Shown here piece by piece: positions 46,531-62,913 of a stretch of DNA of 64,000 bases. This DNA comes from Chrysomallon squamiferum (lineage: Eukaryota; Animalia; Mollusca), in the NCBI GenBank assembly GCA_012295275.1, contig CM022665.1, positions 31,186,001 to 31,250,000 on the forward strand, read 5' to 3'. Under the pieces are notes generated by a model. It saw only the letters and a program-made list of their open reading frames with translations. It ran no database searches and was not told the origin of the DNA. Position 1 is the first letter of the stretch, and each line of letters opens with the position of its first letter. A program made the position numbers and the translations under genes.

Positions 46531-49500
46531 AACTCTATTATACATAATCAGAACATTTTTTATAAAACATTTCCATGAAGTATCCATCATGTGCAAGACA
46601 ACCTAAGTATTCATCACAGTTCCTAATATATGTTTACTGTTAAATGCCATAACTGTAATTTCTTATTGTTCAAAATAGTGAACAAATTTTTTTCTTTCTA
46701 AAACACATAGTCACAGTGATTTTGGATAAAGGATTACTAAAATGGTAGATTATATAACTCTAAAGTACCAGAATTTATATTGCAAAATGCCAGAAAATAA
46801 TTAGTACCAAAATATCAGAACATAATAATATGAAATACCATAATATTAAAAATGCTAGAACATAATATTAAATATACCAGAACAAAATATAGCATTAATC
46901 GACATAAGAATACAAAATGCCAGAATACAATATAACAGGACATATTTTAAATATGGCCAATCCTATTAGCCTTGATTCTCAGTCCAGGTCCCAAGTTCAT
47001 CCTGCAGGAAGCAGTTATTACATTTGCACTAGAAAACCTGGACAAATTATTTATTTGATCAGTCTGCATTTATATGAAACCACTGACTTTCTAAAGATGA
47101 TGATAATAATAATAATAATAATGATAATCTTGATGATGATGATGATGGTATAATCATGCCGATAATAATAATAATACTAATAATAATAAATAACAATAAT
47201 AATCTTAAAAATGTTAAAAATCTTAATAATCTTATTTATTTTATTTTTTTATTTTTTTATTTTTTGTACTATAATATTATACAGGCAATGTTCATTACTG
47301 TTATTTCTATCTAAATAATAATCAATGATTGCAATACCTTTGGCCAGATATTGAGAACTGCCACACCTGATATCACAGTCATACAAGAATAATTAATTAA
47401 CCATCAGATAATATTATCTAAAGACATAGTGTTAACTTATAAAATTACTGATATGAATGTCACAGAATAGACAATTCGCTGACCTAAGTTATTCATCATC
47501 TGTCACTTGTTTTAATGTTATTTAAAATTTACTATGAAGAAAATTTAAACACTCAAAAATTGAAAAAAAAAAAAATATATATATATTTGTTACATGTTTC
47601 TGTTGTGATAGGCTGTATACCTTCATGACTGTTGTAGTTTTTGTTACTGTTGTTTTTAGTATGAATATTATTTTATTACAGACAGGATGCTTCACATCAT
47701 TAATTTAAAGAAGTAGTCTATTCTTCTTTTTTTTCAGTTTTCCTAGAAGCAAGGGATCATTTATATTCATCTTTCCATAGACAGGAAAGCACATAGCATG
47801 AACTTTAATAAACTAATGCTGGAATGGAGAAAATACCAGAGAGAAACAATATAAGTACAGAGAACCACCAATTTACTCAATGTATGTATCCATACATATA
47901 ATTATTTTGATATTATCATGGTATATATGCCTATATATGTATGTGTTTTTACATGTGACATCTGTATGTGTGAAATATAATTATTTCCCATCATGGCATG
48001 TGCTGTAAATAAAGCTGTATCTATACATCAATTCACTTTTTTAACAATTTTATTTTAATCACTCAATGTCATAAATATTTCAAGCTTAATTCAAGAATCA
48101 AATTCAGTAGTCAATATCTGCTTGTCCTGTGTGCATACTAGAATAAAACAAAAAGAAAATGTTGAATCAATAAATCATGATGGGTTTTTTAATTTTGTAT
48201 GTATGATGTAGTTCGTGACTTGCCATTATTTCCTGTCTATTATTTTTCAGTATATTGTAGTCATCAGTCATTCATTTGCTAATTTCAGATTCTACTTCTC
48301 TTTATGTTATTTTGGTTTTAGGTGGGGTTTTTTTCTGTAAAACAAATTTTTTGCAGTGATTTAAAAATTGTTCCTCGGTATACAGACTGGTTTTAGACAC
48401 TGTTAAAGATATTTATGAAGCATCATAAATAATAATAGTATAGTATCTTGAAGTATGCACCAAGAATAAAATTATGGTAGTCTAGGCCATAATGGTAAAA
48501 ACAATTATTATATCACATATTGGTATGTAGATCTGTATTATATACAACAGGTATATAATAAAATGTCTATTTATGTATGCTATATTTCTAGTTACAAATG
48601 GAAATATGCTGATACAGAGCAACCCCCACTAATCTCCATGGTTTAACCTCGACATATTAAATGAATAAAGACATTTCAACCCATTTCAATATATAAAATT
48701 ATATTGTGTCAAACATATGAAATTTGTAGAATGATCATATAAGATGAAAGCTATTATAGTATTAGATGAGCTGTTATCAGTTAACAGAAAAGAATCTTTT
48801 AGATATATTTTTTCATTTTCAGGAAAAAATACATGCTATGGCTTTGATATAATGTGTCATAAAACAGTGGCTGGAGTGGGAAAATAGCCCAAAGAAAACA
48901 TCAGACATCCTAAAGGCATATAATTATTTTTTATGATACCATTGACCTGTACTCAATTTACCTGGGCTACATACAGCATTGAAGTTTTTTTACCAGTGTA
49001 CGTCAGCCCACTCTTTAAAAAAAGGAAACAAACCATAAATGATTGAAACAGATAACAGTAATTAAGTATATAGAAACTGAACTGCAGGAAGATAAAAACA
49101 TTACAACTGAAAACTTCATGTCATAACACAAATATTCATTTCTTGTGCTGTATTGTTACTTTATATATAAATATATATATATATATATTTATATATTAAT
49201 TATTGCAGATTGTATGGTTCATGTACCTTAGTGTATTATTCACTGGCGTGAAATCCAATACTATCCACTTCTCCAAGACACATCTAACAACCAGTTAAAT
49301 TTATTTTCAAACTAAATATTTTCACTTTATTGTCTCCAGTGTCTGTATTTTACCAAGAAGATCAGATCAGATACAAGTTATTAATTTCCTAGTGTCAATT
49401 GAAAATAGAGTGTTTCTGCCATAGGCATAGACATTTCTTGCCTGAAAACCAACTAAAATAGCCACAAAAACAATACAAATGTATCTGTCAAATTAAAACT

Positions 49501-52059
49501 TAACTTGATTTTTGTCATCTTCTTAGTTTCTTTGACTTTAAATTATTTTGCACTATATTACTAGTAACAAAGGATAACACAACAATGGAATTATTGTTTA
49601 TAAATCATGTAAAAGACACTGACCGGATGTGGCAGCAAATGAGATTTCTTATATTACTACATACATTATTATCCCAAACCCAATAATTAAACACTATTTG
49701 CTCAGATCTCATTAATGGAACATTTCTTGCATAGTTCTTCATTTTGTTATGCCTATCACAACAGAAATAGTTTAAGTAGGTTACCATTTGTTTCCATAGA
49801 GAATATATGGATTCTATTTTTATAAATAAATTTCTAACTGAATAAGATTATAATACAATGTTGTGCTATGGAACAGAGTGGAGATAAAAAAAAAAAAAAA
49901 AAATAAAATAAAATGAACAGTTAATGGAAAATGTAATGATAAAAAGTATTATGAAAAGCATTAGCACAGTATGTGGATGTCTATGTAATTTACTTTCTCT
50001 CATAATGATGCAATACAGTTATCAACAGTGAAAAGCACTGACAAATTGGAAAACTATTTAACTGGTGAAAATAAAAAAAGTAAATATCAGATTGTGTGTG
50101 GGTCTATGTATACTGCATATGTGTATCTGTGTTAATGTGTATCTGTGTATGGACAGTTATCTATATGGATTTATATATGTGCAGGAACGTGTTTATTTAT
50201 ATATGGGCTGGTGTATGTGTATGTGTGCATATGTGTGTTAGCATTGGTGTATGGAAAGGTATGCATGTGTGTGTGGGTGTAAAAGTGTGTATGTGTGTAC
50301 TGAAATGTATGCAAGTGTATAATGGCAGCTATACATACGTATTTGTATGTGTGAGTGTTTCTAGCTTTGATGGTGGCTGCTTTCATTAACTTTACTTACT
50401 GTGACATTTTGCTAATGTATTCTGTTTCACATCACACATCACACTTTATTAAATAGAAAGCTTTTTAAATATGGTAAGCATATTTCACAATTTTGGTATT
50501 GTTCTTAATGCTGGATGTGCATTAATTTACAGAATGGACCAATTTACCTTGTATTTCATCATAAATACATGCATGGTTAAAAAAAGAAGAAAAAAAAAAA
50601 GAAAATCAAAAGGGCAGATGTGTATATATGTGTGTGTAAATGCTTTTATTTACTAACCTTAAGAATACTGAAAAAATACCATTAGCAGGCTAAAGAAACA
50701 TAATTTTGTAATAAACCTTAAACAAAATTCTGCAAACATTTCAAAATATCTTATAGATATATTCTACAACAGCAAAGCATAGAAACAAACATCATTATAC
50801 TAGATACTCCTGTTATTTCTCATTTTCAAGATAAGAATTCATAGATATTTTCTTAGAGATTTCCATTTCATTTTCTCTAGAAAAAGATCCATAGAGGGTT
50901 GGGGTTTTTTTGGAGGTTGTTTGTTATCAATTTGTGATTTCTTTTTCTAGATAAAAATTCATTTTCTTTTTGATGTAGAACTGAGTCATTTCTTTATTTT
51001 TTTCTAGAGATTTCCATAAATTCTTCTAATTTTTTCTTGTCAAAAATCCATGTGTTTTTGCTGGTTTGTATGTGCCTTTTTTTTTTCAGAGCATTTTTTT
51101 TTTCCAGATAATAATCAACATCAAAATAACAGCAGTAAAATCAAACCAGTTTTTTTTAATGGGATATCACAGAAGACATATTAGTAATAACTAACTCTAT
51201 TGATTACCAATGTACAACAATAGCCTCATAATAAAACCAAAACTCAATTCATGAACAGTTCTGAAGCAGGAATATAAACTAAATGTACATATTAGAATCC
51301 ATATTTACATAATTGTGGGTGTATTTATTAGTATTATTTTCTTCTTCTTCTTCTTTTTCAAATCAAACCACTTCTGGATTGCTTTGTATTCACATATTTT
51401 CATAATTAGTTTTGTATATTAAAGTATTTTTTATTTCAATATATGAATCTCATTTAAAAATTTTGAGAAAAAGATATGGCAATAAGTATTCTATATTATT
51501 AAAAAAAAAATCAAATAAAAAGTCCTTTTTATATTGTATCTTATAATAAAAACATAATGTTAATAGATAAAACAATCATTTCATAATCAAATTTGACATT
51601 CCCCCACTAAAAAAAAAAAAAAAAAAAAAAACAAAAAAAAAAACCCTCAGAAACAAAAACAAAACAGTCATATATATTTTTTTAGTTTTGAAACCAGTTA
51701 AAATATACAATGCAAATCTTTGACAAATCAGTAAGAAATACAATTTATATCATTAGATAAACAGATACAACTAGTTTTGCACCTTTTCTCCTTTTTAATA
51801 CTTCTTAAAAATAAAAATAAAAATAAAATAATAGAAGGAAAATAAATCAGTTTTTCAAGTTAAGATTTTAAATACAACTTGTATATACTACTTGTGATAA
51901 AAAAAATCTGTAAGTGAAGTAGAATTATTACTATAAAGCAAACAAAGTAAAAACTATATAGGAAAACAAAAATCAGCCATTCCTTTAATGAATGTTTAAT
52001 AACAACAACAATAACAATATATAAATAAATAAATAAATAAATAAATAAAAAGTAACCCA

Positions 52060-52940
52060 AAACCTTTGGATCTTCCAGATCCAATCACACAAATTGTGTA
52101 AGAAACAACCTTTACCAAGAATTAAGTACATTAAGCAAAATGTCTAATCCTTACATCCTTTTCTCACTAAATCTTTTAAAAAGAATAAACAATAATAATA
52201 AAATTAAAAAATAACCAAATTGGCCAAAATGTTTGGATTTTCTTGATTCAGTTTTAACAATCATTTACCTGATTAAAAACAATATACCCAAAGCATTTTG
52301 TTTTCACTATAAATCATTAAAAAGAAATAAACAAAAATGTTTTGCTTTTTTTACTGTCATTCAAATTATTATAAAGAATAAGTGTTAACAAAAATTATTT
52401 TACTAATTCTAAAACCCTTTCTTCATTGTAAAATTTAAAGAAAAATTAATTGATTTTATGAAAATATTCCCTGAACACAGTGATTTTCTAGATCCAGTAT
52501 AAAGATATAAAGAATAATTTTGACCATTATATCATTTCTTTACAAAACATACATAAACCTGATATAAATAACAATTTTTACCAAGAATACAATAAACTGG
52601 TTTGATAATTCTTATAAAATTTCAGTACTGTCTGATCTGTCACTAACAGAAATTTGTTATAAAGAATCATTTTTACCAAAAATTCAATACATTAATACTT
52701 GTTCTTTATAAATCTAAGAAAGGTGTAAAAAACTTGGATTTTCTAGATCCATTTTAACAATCCTTTACACAAACCCATCATAAAGAAATATTTTTATCAA
52801 GAATTTGATATACAAAACCTTATACCCATTTTTCACTGTAAATCTTATAAAAAGAAATACTACAAAACCCTGAAATTCCTTAGATTCAGTTTTAACTAAC
52901 GCAACCCAGACATAAAGTATAATCTTTACCAAAAATTCAA
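52060..52940. repeat. Highly degenerate long-period tandem repeat
   Basis: ttggattttctagatcca/ttcagttttaac recurs near 52065, 52233, 52482, 52735, 52874; tttaccaagaat-like motifs recur near 52111, 52578, 52673, 52795, 52926. Confidence 0.6.
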
Positions 52941-55200
52941 TAAGTCAAGTTGTGGCAGAGCAGAATTTGTGTCAGACACAAACTTCAACTGGAGGACAGA
53001 ATCTCTGCTAGCAAGCCTGACAATTCCACTACAAGTGATCAATTATGAAGAGCTTCTGGCCCTGAAGGCAGTCGATCGATACAGAGAACACTACAGGTAC
53101 ACAGAACACTCCTTCAAGCTTCACATTTAATCACTTCCTACAATCAATTTCCAGGAATCAAAATAAACAAGACAGAAAACAAAAAAGCACTAAAAAATAA
53201 CACAAAGAGTCCAAAACAATACCTTTAGCAATTGGCACAAATCAAAATGTTGTCTACAGAAGCCTGAATTACTGTGTGTATATGTCGCAGTTTCGAAAAG
53301 AGTACTGCATTCTTGTTAGGTGTCATGATGTTACAGAATAAAGAAATCAATACATCTAGATGATGTGTCAAATGGATCAGGATGGCAGACATTTAATAAA
53401 AGATTTTTAATAGTGGTTCTGCCATTGAAATAATTTCAGTATGTGATTGAATAAAAACAATTGGTCATCATATGAAATGTCATTAATTTGTAAATCTTTA
53501 CACCTTAGGACAGAAAAATTCTGATGATGATTAAAAATACAGAAGTGTATGGAAATGTTTTGGTATATTCCAGCTGTATCTTTCTTTATCTTTGTTTTAT
53601 GTAAAATAAAAAAAATATTGTACACAATTATGAGTAAAGTGTACATCAGATATGTTTCTAAATACTTATGTATTCTTACTATAATAATAATAATCATAAT
53701 CGTTATCATCATGATCACCATCATACACAAACAATAATACATTTTTAATCCATTAAAATGATAATTAGTTTAACATGGAAATGTATTAGTTTGTTTCTAC
53801 ATTCTGATATAATGGGTTTATGTGTAGTTACCATAACTAAATAATAATAATATACACAATACACTCACTTATTAAATTTATCTTAAAGATGTAAACAATT
53901 TAACCTGGAATGGTGTCAGTCTGATTTTAAATTCAGGGTTTAAGTGCATTGAGTCAAAATAAATTAAATATCCTGAGTGACATTTAAAATAATTTTATTG
54001 ACCACTGGCACAAATACATTTAACCCACATAACTGTTTTTTAAATTTAATTATCTTTACCCAAAGTTAAGGATTTAAGAAGGTTTTTCAAAAAAAATTCT
54101 GAAGGAAAAAAATGTTTTCCTTTAAACCATTTCTATTTTAAAATGAAGAATTTATTATTCCAGTAACCACATTAAATATATACACTTTTTTTAATACACT
54201 TTCTTATTATTTCAAAAGAATGTATTATTAATGAGGTAGAACTAACAACACACAAGACTGCAATTAACCCTGATGACAATTAACCAATATTTATATTAAT
54301 TTTAAGAATACTTCTGCAATCAATGCCATCATTAGTACTAAGAAGCAAAAAGATTTTAAAAAATGGAAAATGAACATAAAAATAAGATTAAAAATTAAAA
54401 TGGGGAAAAAAATTCTATCACTTGAATAAATTAGTCTGATTTGGCCATTTTCACCCAGAGTGACCTCAATGGGTGGGATAAAAGAATATGGCTTGTATGG
54501 ACATTAACAGACAAATGGATAACACTTAGTAATGTTATGGCTAGTAGCTTCTCACCAAAATTCCACCAGTAGAACAGAGAATGCAATCAATATATCCATG
54601 GAAACACAGACGTCATTCGACTTACAGTAGAGAAACATCCATAAATAGAAAAGAAATTATTTCAATACTAAACAGGTTTATGTCCCTGCAATTATGTGTA
54701 AAGCAATTACATGGTCTTTTGTTTTCTGTATGAAGCAAATCCAGTGATAATTTCCTGAAAACTGCAGAGCAGTCTATCAGCTGAAAATAAATAGTCTTGG
54801 AATGTCTAATATAAGTAATTATGTGTTATTTTAAAATGGAAAAAATAGACAAATCTGATCAAAAACTGAAGGAAAAAGAGTTCAACAATATCAAAATAAT
54901 TTCCATTTTTTTCAGATTGATACTAATGCAAAGAAATACACTCTTAAATAAAACTAAATCTAACAAAATCTAAAAACAAATATATGTTCAAACATAATTA
55001 TATATAATGTCTAACAAGTAACTTATATCAATATGACCAATCACACACTTACACAAACACATAAAATTTAGATAAAAACACATACATGTACAAAGACATA
55101 TAAATTTATATAAAAACACATACATATAAACATATAAATTTGTAAAAAAGCACAAACACACATACATACATATACACACACATACATACAAATTTATAAA

Positions 55201-55253
<53 letters not shown>

Positions 55254-58200
55254 CACATACAAATTTATGAAAAATACATATTCATACACATACAAATACA
55301 AACCGACACACACATAAATAAACACATACACTTTCAAAACCTAGAACAGGACACACATACAATACAAATATTATTATTCATATACATACTATTATATATT
55401 TACAGATATATTCAAACGCACAAGTCTAGAAAAAACAACAGACATACACACACATACATACAGACACACATAAACACACACTAAATTAATCTGTTTTTGT
55501 ACACTGTTCTCTAAACTGATGTGTTTACCAAAGAGCAAATTCAATAAAATGCATTATTTATTATTCAAAACTCCAGAGAATGTCAGATTTAGCAGAGCAT
55601 AACACATAACTGTATATAATTACACTGACTACCTCACAATACCACAAATCAAGCATAGAATTGCTGTCTGTGACAATATACTTTCAAAAACACAAATCAA
55701 CAAAATCTAGTGCCAGTCATTATAATAAAATCATAAAATCAATATATAATTTTGAATATTACTATTATTGTAATCATTGCAAGTGTGTTTCTCTTTTTTG
55801 TGTGTGTGAGTGTGTGTGTGTGTTGGATTGGAACAAAGTTTGTAGTATTTGATCACATGATTTCATTTCACTTGTGACTGACATTTAGACATTTAGACAT
55901 ATTTTGAAAAGTGAAAAAAAAATGGCACATATGTAATTGAAGAAATTTTATGTCTAAAAAGACCTATGAACTTATGTTCCAACCTAGTATGTTTGTATAG
56001 AGGTGTGCACGTATATGTTTCTGTTGAAATACACAAATACAGACATGTAAATAAAAGTAACAACTTTGTACCTAATTTGGTATAATATGAAAGGAGCCAT
56101 CTAAAAATATATTATTCCTAGGACCCGTTTCTTTAGAATTACACTACACTGTTGACAAACACACCAAAGTTCAGTGCAAATTCAAAGTCAAGAACTCACG
56201 AGATAATTAATATTAATTAATATCACAAAACTGAATATGTTTGGTAGAATATATAAAACCAAAAATAAATGAACATCCTGGAACCACTGGATGCTAAAAT
56301 GGACAAACATTTTTTTATGTAATATTTTTCCTAACACACACACACATTCTTAACGCAACAATGTAAACTGATTCTGATTGTTAAGTAAATAAAACATTTT
56401 CTAGATCACAAATGAATATTACACAAACTGAGACAAATGTTAAGAACAAATTACCATAATTCTGTAAGGATTAATAAAACTGCAAATTTAAATTGTTATT
56501 TCTGGCAAGGGTTATACAAATATAATGAAAATCAATGATTATAGATGAAGTCATTTAAGTGATACTGACATGCATAAAACTAAAATTTTATATTTCAGTT
56601 TTCTAATTTGAATTCTTAAAAAGCACGTAATGACAACCATAATTATTCAGAGAAATAGAAAGTTTTTGTAATAAACATAAAAGTACAGTTTTAATTTACT
56701 ATTTATTGTAAAGTATTTGTACAAACTATCCAATGAAAATACTGAAAAGCAAATTACTGTAGACAGAATAAGGATAAATATGTGTTACATGAAATATTTT
56801 ATTTATAATAAATATTAGGTGTTAAAAAAAATTGTCTCGTTATGTTTCCTCATTATTTGTATTATAATGATATGAAAAAGAAAACTTGTTGCCTCCACAA
56901 CTTGATCTTTTATATTACATTCTAACCTTCCAGGAAAGCATATACCATGGTTTTTGATAAACTAGATGTGGAGCATTAACTGGAAGAGGAAATAACCCTA
57001 GGTGCTAAGAGTGGATCATGAAAAATAACAAAATAGAGACAGACACTGTAAATTTTTCATTTTTACAAAATATCATTTGGTGAGGATGAATTGCATAAAT
57101 ATAAATTTGTTTCAGTTTTATTTGTATTATTAACTTATTCAGTGTTTTTATCTGACTCTGAATACAGCTGCAACATTTGTTTCAGTCAACAAGAGAGAGA
57201 CCTAGATATATTCCTATTGTTTTGGAGTTTTTAAAAGCAACTGACATTATACAGGGTAATTAATAAATCAATAGACAGATCCCTACAGATTATACTGAGT
57301 GCACTGAGGAAAACAGTAATTTTATTAAGTGTAACCAAAGTAACCGTGGAAGGCATATATTGGAATAATATGCTACCAGTTTAGTCTTTTTAGAGATTAA
57401 TATATATCTGTATAATAAAATAAATAGTATTAGTTAATATTTGTTTATTCTAATTACTATCATTTATGGTTTGAGTCTGTTTTATAAATAATTATTTTTT
57501 ATAAATATTACATTTCATTATTTAAAATAGTACTATAAAGTGTAATATGAAAATAATTATGTTTCTGTTAAATGAGCTGTATTAAGACATGCACACACAA
57601 ACAAAAAAACCACATACATACATACACATATTCAGCTTATACTTCCACACACACACATACATTTATCACAGATTTAGTCAGTCTAGTATGTCAAAAGTTT
57701 ATTTTATTTTACTGTGATAAAATACATATATAAAATACACACAAACATACACTTGCACATAGATGGAGACTGTCACATATATGATGAAAATACTCTCTCA
57801 ATAGAGCCACTATGGGACTGTGATTAGATGTCTTTGTTTATTAAGTGGTCACATTAGTGAAATGTTAGTTGTCTGCTGGCTCTAAGTAATCCCATAATCA
57901 TGATATGTTCCAGTCTATTTGGAAACAAATCCCATAGTATCTAGTTTGGAAAACAGTTTAGCAGCATATGTTGATAAACAAAAGAGTTCTACAAAATTTT
58001 GATGAAGATTTTTTTTTATAATGTCACTAGCCATATTCTATCTAGTGATAAAAGAAAAATGGCAAAATCCAAAATAATTTATTAACAAATGTTTGTCTGA
58101 ATTTGGTAAGTAATATGTCTTTGTTCTCCTGTTTTTGGTCACCAATTTAATTAAGCTTTAAACTTCTGCTGAAACAATGCAGACTTTCTGGCTAAAATCT

Positions 58201-60840
58201 TTAATTGTTCTTAGTTACTTGGACAGAAATAAAGTAATTGGATTCTGTATGGTAATTACTAGGACAAAAATATATAAATGGCTTCAGTATGATAATCATC
58301 TGCCTCATGCTAGCTTAAAATACATATCAACTTTAGTAAATCAAATCTTTGGTTAAAAAAAGAAAAAGATAGCAGGCTGTACTTTTCATAGTTAATTTAG
58401 TCATATTAGTGTTTTCTTTAGATTGTTTCCCTTTCCAGATAATGACCCCAAAAAATTAACAAATGATGTCCATGGTGGGTGGAAAGAAAAGGTACTTTGT
58501 TGCTAATTATTAAGAATTGCCCATAGAGTGATATCAGTCAGTTTCCTTTTATATATCATCATACAATATATGTGTGTTTGTGTAATTGTATATATATATA
58601 TATGCATGTTTTTATCTGTATATTATGTATGTATTTTTACATGTATGTCTTTGTCTTTGTATGTATACATGTATAAATATATGTGTTTGTATATGTAAGT
58701 ATATATGTGTGTCTCTGGGTGTATTTGTACATGTGTATGTGTACTCTGACATATCCCAAGCATTTTGTAAATTTCATGCCAATATACTCTGTATTATAAA
58801 ACTTCTCCATGCAAATTCTCTTAACTACACAAACAGATTCAAAGATATCAGTTTAATATTTTATTTTACAACTCATAGTTAGAATAACACTGAGGCCACA
58901 AATATTAAAGATCTAAATGTTGTCACTACAGTGCAGCTGTCATCTAGCTTTCTGAATTTTATCTTTAACAATATCTTAGAAAACAAAGGCAAAACCAAAT
59001 TTCTGATTTTTAAAGGCAGAACTGGATATATTATAATCATGCTAAATGATCAGAATATTTTTTATATAAAAACATTTATTTATTTAAATAAAATCCACCC
59101 ATCCTGCTTAGAAGCAAAAGGTTCATCTTAATTCAGTAAAAAGTTGGATCACTTATGGAAGATTTGTTTGGGTGTGTGCACTTCATTTTTGAAAGACACA
59201 AAAATATTAATTTTGTTAATTAAAATGCTTCTGTTATGTGTCTATATGTTTATAACTGCACTGGGACACAGCAGAATGCAAAAAAAATATTTCTTTTATA
59301 AGATTATTAAACAGTACATTTCATTATATATAAATAATATTGCTGAGTTTTATATATTAAAACCAATATTCCTTAAAAATAAAACAGATAACCCGTGATA
59401 ATGATGAAAGCTAATGTTTTCAGTTTATTTTGACAACATTTCATACATAGTCCAGAAAACAAGTTTGTACAAAATATTTTTACCACATACTCAGTCTATC
59501 AGGGATTTTTTACATTTCTGTTTACTATAAAAGGACAATGTATTAAAATTAAAAATAAATAAATAAAAAGGAAATATAAAAAATAATGTCAGCTTTTATG
59601 GAGCTACAAACACTTTTTATTTTATATCAACTTTATAATTAGCAAACACTAATAGTCTGAAAACAAACAATATAATGATCTAGAAGTTTCATTAAAGTAC
59701 ATTTTAAACATTATTTTGATAAAATTATGAATTCTTTATTATTTTTACTATACATGTACAGACAGAGTGCAAGTAACAGCAGCACACTTTATTAAAGTCT
59801 ACCCAGTTCACACATACATGTCAAATCAAAGTAAAACATAAACTGAGGGTTTACATTAATACTGAAATTATCCATATTTTATTTGTTAAACATAATATGC
59901 TCTGGTTCAGAACTAAAAGTATTTGTTAATGCAAAATAAATAAATAAAGTAATAAATAAAGTAAAAGAAAAAGAAAATAGAGTAAACGTCTTAATTTCTG
60001 ATACTTACTCACAGAAAACACTAATGCAATTTATTTATTTTATTTTGTTTTGATTTTTTATTACTAATGCAATCTACTAACCCATGTCAAGTATCAAACT
60101 AGTGCTATATAATTACAAATTATATATTTGTTATATAGATCCAACTATTTTGTTTATAATTATAAATTAAATAATGAAAAGTATTAAAATGTCCAAACTG
60201 GCTAAGACTTTGCCAGCTGTCAAATTCATGTTGGATATAAAATTAATGTATATATTATAATTCAAGGATACCTATTTTACATAGTCAAACGCCGTTACTT
60301 CATTAATTATTATTTATTTTTATTATTTTGCCACAACGTCACTGGACATTGTTTTAACCATTTTTAAACGTATAAAATACAATAAGTAAATAAAACGTAC
60401 ACTTCGCAAATACTGGAAGGTCCGAAGTAAAGGTTATTCAAGCATGTGATGTGCGTCCGAAATTAGGACGGTTTACCCTGTATAAAATAATGTATTAACA
60501 AAAACGTTTATAAAATTTAGTGTAATCTATGTAAGTTTTACCTTTATATGTCAGCAAATTGCACTTCTTTCAGCTTAAAAAATGAATAGCAACATCTATT
60601 ATTTTATTTGGTATTAAAAATAATAATATTAATAATAATAAAAAAAAAAACAACAACAACATAGAATTGTTTACGTTTTAAAGTAAAAAAGAAAAGTATT
60701 TAGAGTACGTTCCCTTTATATAAACATACAAATTTAAAAATTAGCAGCCATGTGGATCAGGATTTTAAAACATATTGCCTAATTTGTTTATTTTTTTACA
60801 AATAGCATTTATTTTTATTCCATTTGAATATCTGATCAGT

Positions 60841-60874
<34 letters not shown>

Positions 60875-61948
60875 TATATACACACACACACGTGTGTGTG
60901 TGTGTGTGTGTGTGTGTGGCCGGGTGCGTACAGTACCCTCACACAAAATCTACACAAGTTCGATTTCGATTACATTTTTATTTCCTCTGCCCGTTTATAT
61001 ACCATGATATACATTTTACCATATATCCTTATAAAAGTACAGTAATTATATGCAGATAATTGGCTCAAACGTCTTTCTGACTTCCCAGATATTCGCTGTT
61101 CTCTCTTTCACCACAGTGGCAGACCATTGTTGTCCAAGGTTCCTTAAGAAAGCAGCATGAAAGTGTTTACCATAGTTTAATGTCTCACGTGTTTTGGAGG
61201 AATTTCCCAAGTACTTTACGTTTAAACAAGGAGAAATAAACCTCACACGTCAGTGGTGTTTATCTATCTTTAGATTGTGCTTTTAGTTCAGTCCCTCACA
61301 AATATATATAATACATTTATTAAACCTGTAACAACACTATTAATAATAATGGTAATTATTATTTATTAACAGCAGACAACATACGTTAGTAATAGTTAAT
61401 CACTTTCTTTATTATTACATGGTGAACTGTACTGAATTTATACATTATACATGATAAATAAATAAATAATACAAATAAGAAAATCACTCAGGAAAACACA
61501 TAAAAGCACATCATTGTACATTGTGGTAGGTCCTTTTACATGAAAAAAGGATGCAGATAGCCTGCAGAAATGCAAATATAATTTAGTAATCAAGAATTCA
61601 TGTTCATCAATAATAATACATAATACATTTAACGGATTCTCGTGTACAGAATCACTTGACCAGTACGAACATGCTCGCTCATATACACTCCCTTTTAATT
61701 AATCAAACAAATGTCCCGCAGCGTCATCAGGTTTGTATACAATTGTTATTCATAATGAATATTCATTGTTTTATAAATTTAGTAACAGCAGCTCGTGGCA
61801 ACATCTGCAATTATAATACAAATCCTTCTCCACCCACCAGTCCAGCTTTTCGAAAAACACGAAAGAACCAATCAACATTAAAATTATTTCGTTTTCTCGC
61901 CTTCTTTTTAAACTTCTTCAGAACAGGTTAGCGACGGCATTTGTAAGA

Positions 61949-61991
61949 ATGGTTGAAGTAGTTATTATTTCTGCTGTCCGTACTCCAGTTG
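61949..61991 (+). CDS. ACAT2: Cytosolic acetyl-CoA acetyltransferase (thiolase II), exon 1 (MVEVVIISAVRTPV-G)
   Basis: ATG at 61949, thiolase N-terminal VVI.SA.RTP.G motif, G|gtaaga donor. There is no N-terminal targeting extension, which points to the cytosolic type. Confidence 0.9.
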
Positions 61992-62533
61992 GTAAGAATT
62001 AATAACTTAAATATACATATATTTTAAAATTGTATATCTGATTTCCAGTGTTTGAATTTTCTTATAATAACATTGTAATGAAGTAACGCGCGTCTTGTAG
62101 GTAAATATACCACGCCCTCTAGCAGACGATTCTTTTATCCCAAAAAATTATATGATGTTTTAAGTCATTATAGTTAAGGATAAACCCATAATTATTATTA
62201 TTATTATTATTTTATTATAAATAAGTATTTCTTACTAAAACTGTTGTTAAACTCAGTATTTACTTTTTATACCAGCGTGGCCTGAACAGATTCTGTATTC
62301 CAATTGGATAAGCCCAAATGAGGTGATTACATAAAACGGTCACCAATAATTTTAAATTTAGCAAACGTTCAGCTGATATAAATTTTTCAAAACATGAAAT
62401 ACTATTGATTAAGTAATTACTGATGTGCAAAAAGACATTGTATACGTGTTATACAAAGTACCATTCAAACATTTAATACTGTGTTAATATTAACATAACT
62501 TTTCTTTCTTTTTTAATAAAGTTATGGAAACTA

Positions 62534-62537
<4 letters not shown>

Positions 62538-62592
<55 letters not shown>
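62538..62592. repeat. (GT)n microsatellite in ACAT2 intron 1. Many other (CA)n/(TA)n tracts occur, e.g. 8469-8502, 23315-23356, 45861-45897, 55208-55249.
   Basis: Directly visible. Confidence 0.95.
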
Positions 62593-62593
<1 letters not shown>

Positions 62594-62757
62594 ATTTTAC
62601 TGTGATGAGCACCATGTTAATATTTTTCTGTCTTCATTTTATTTTACCAGTTTAATTGACCTGTATATAAACATAAACAGAAGTTTTCACAGGTTTTAAA
62701 TATTTCACTATATCTATCCATTGTTACCAGTAGTGAAATAATACCTTCAAAAATTAA

Positions 62758-62913
<156 letters not shown>

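Noticed and set aside
60844-60918. (TA)n and (CA)5-CG-(TG)n palindrome, potential Z-DNA or cruciform near the putative promoter
   Set aside because: Such dinucleotide tracts are ubiquitous in this window; no evidence of function.
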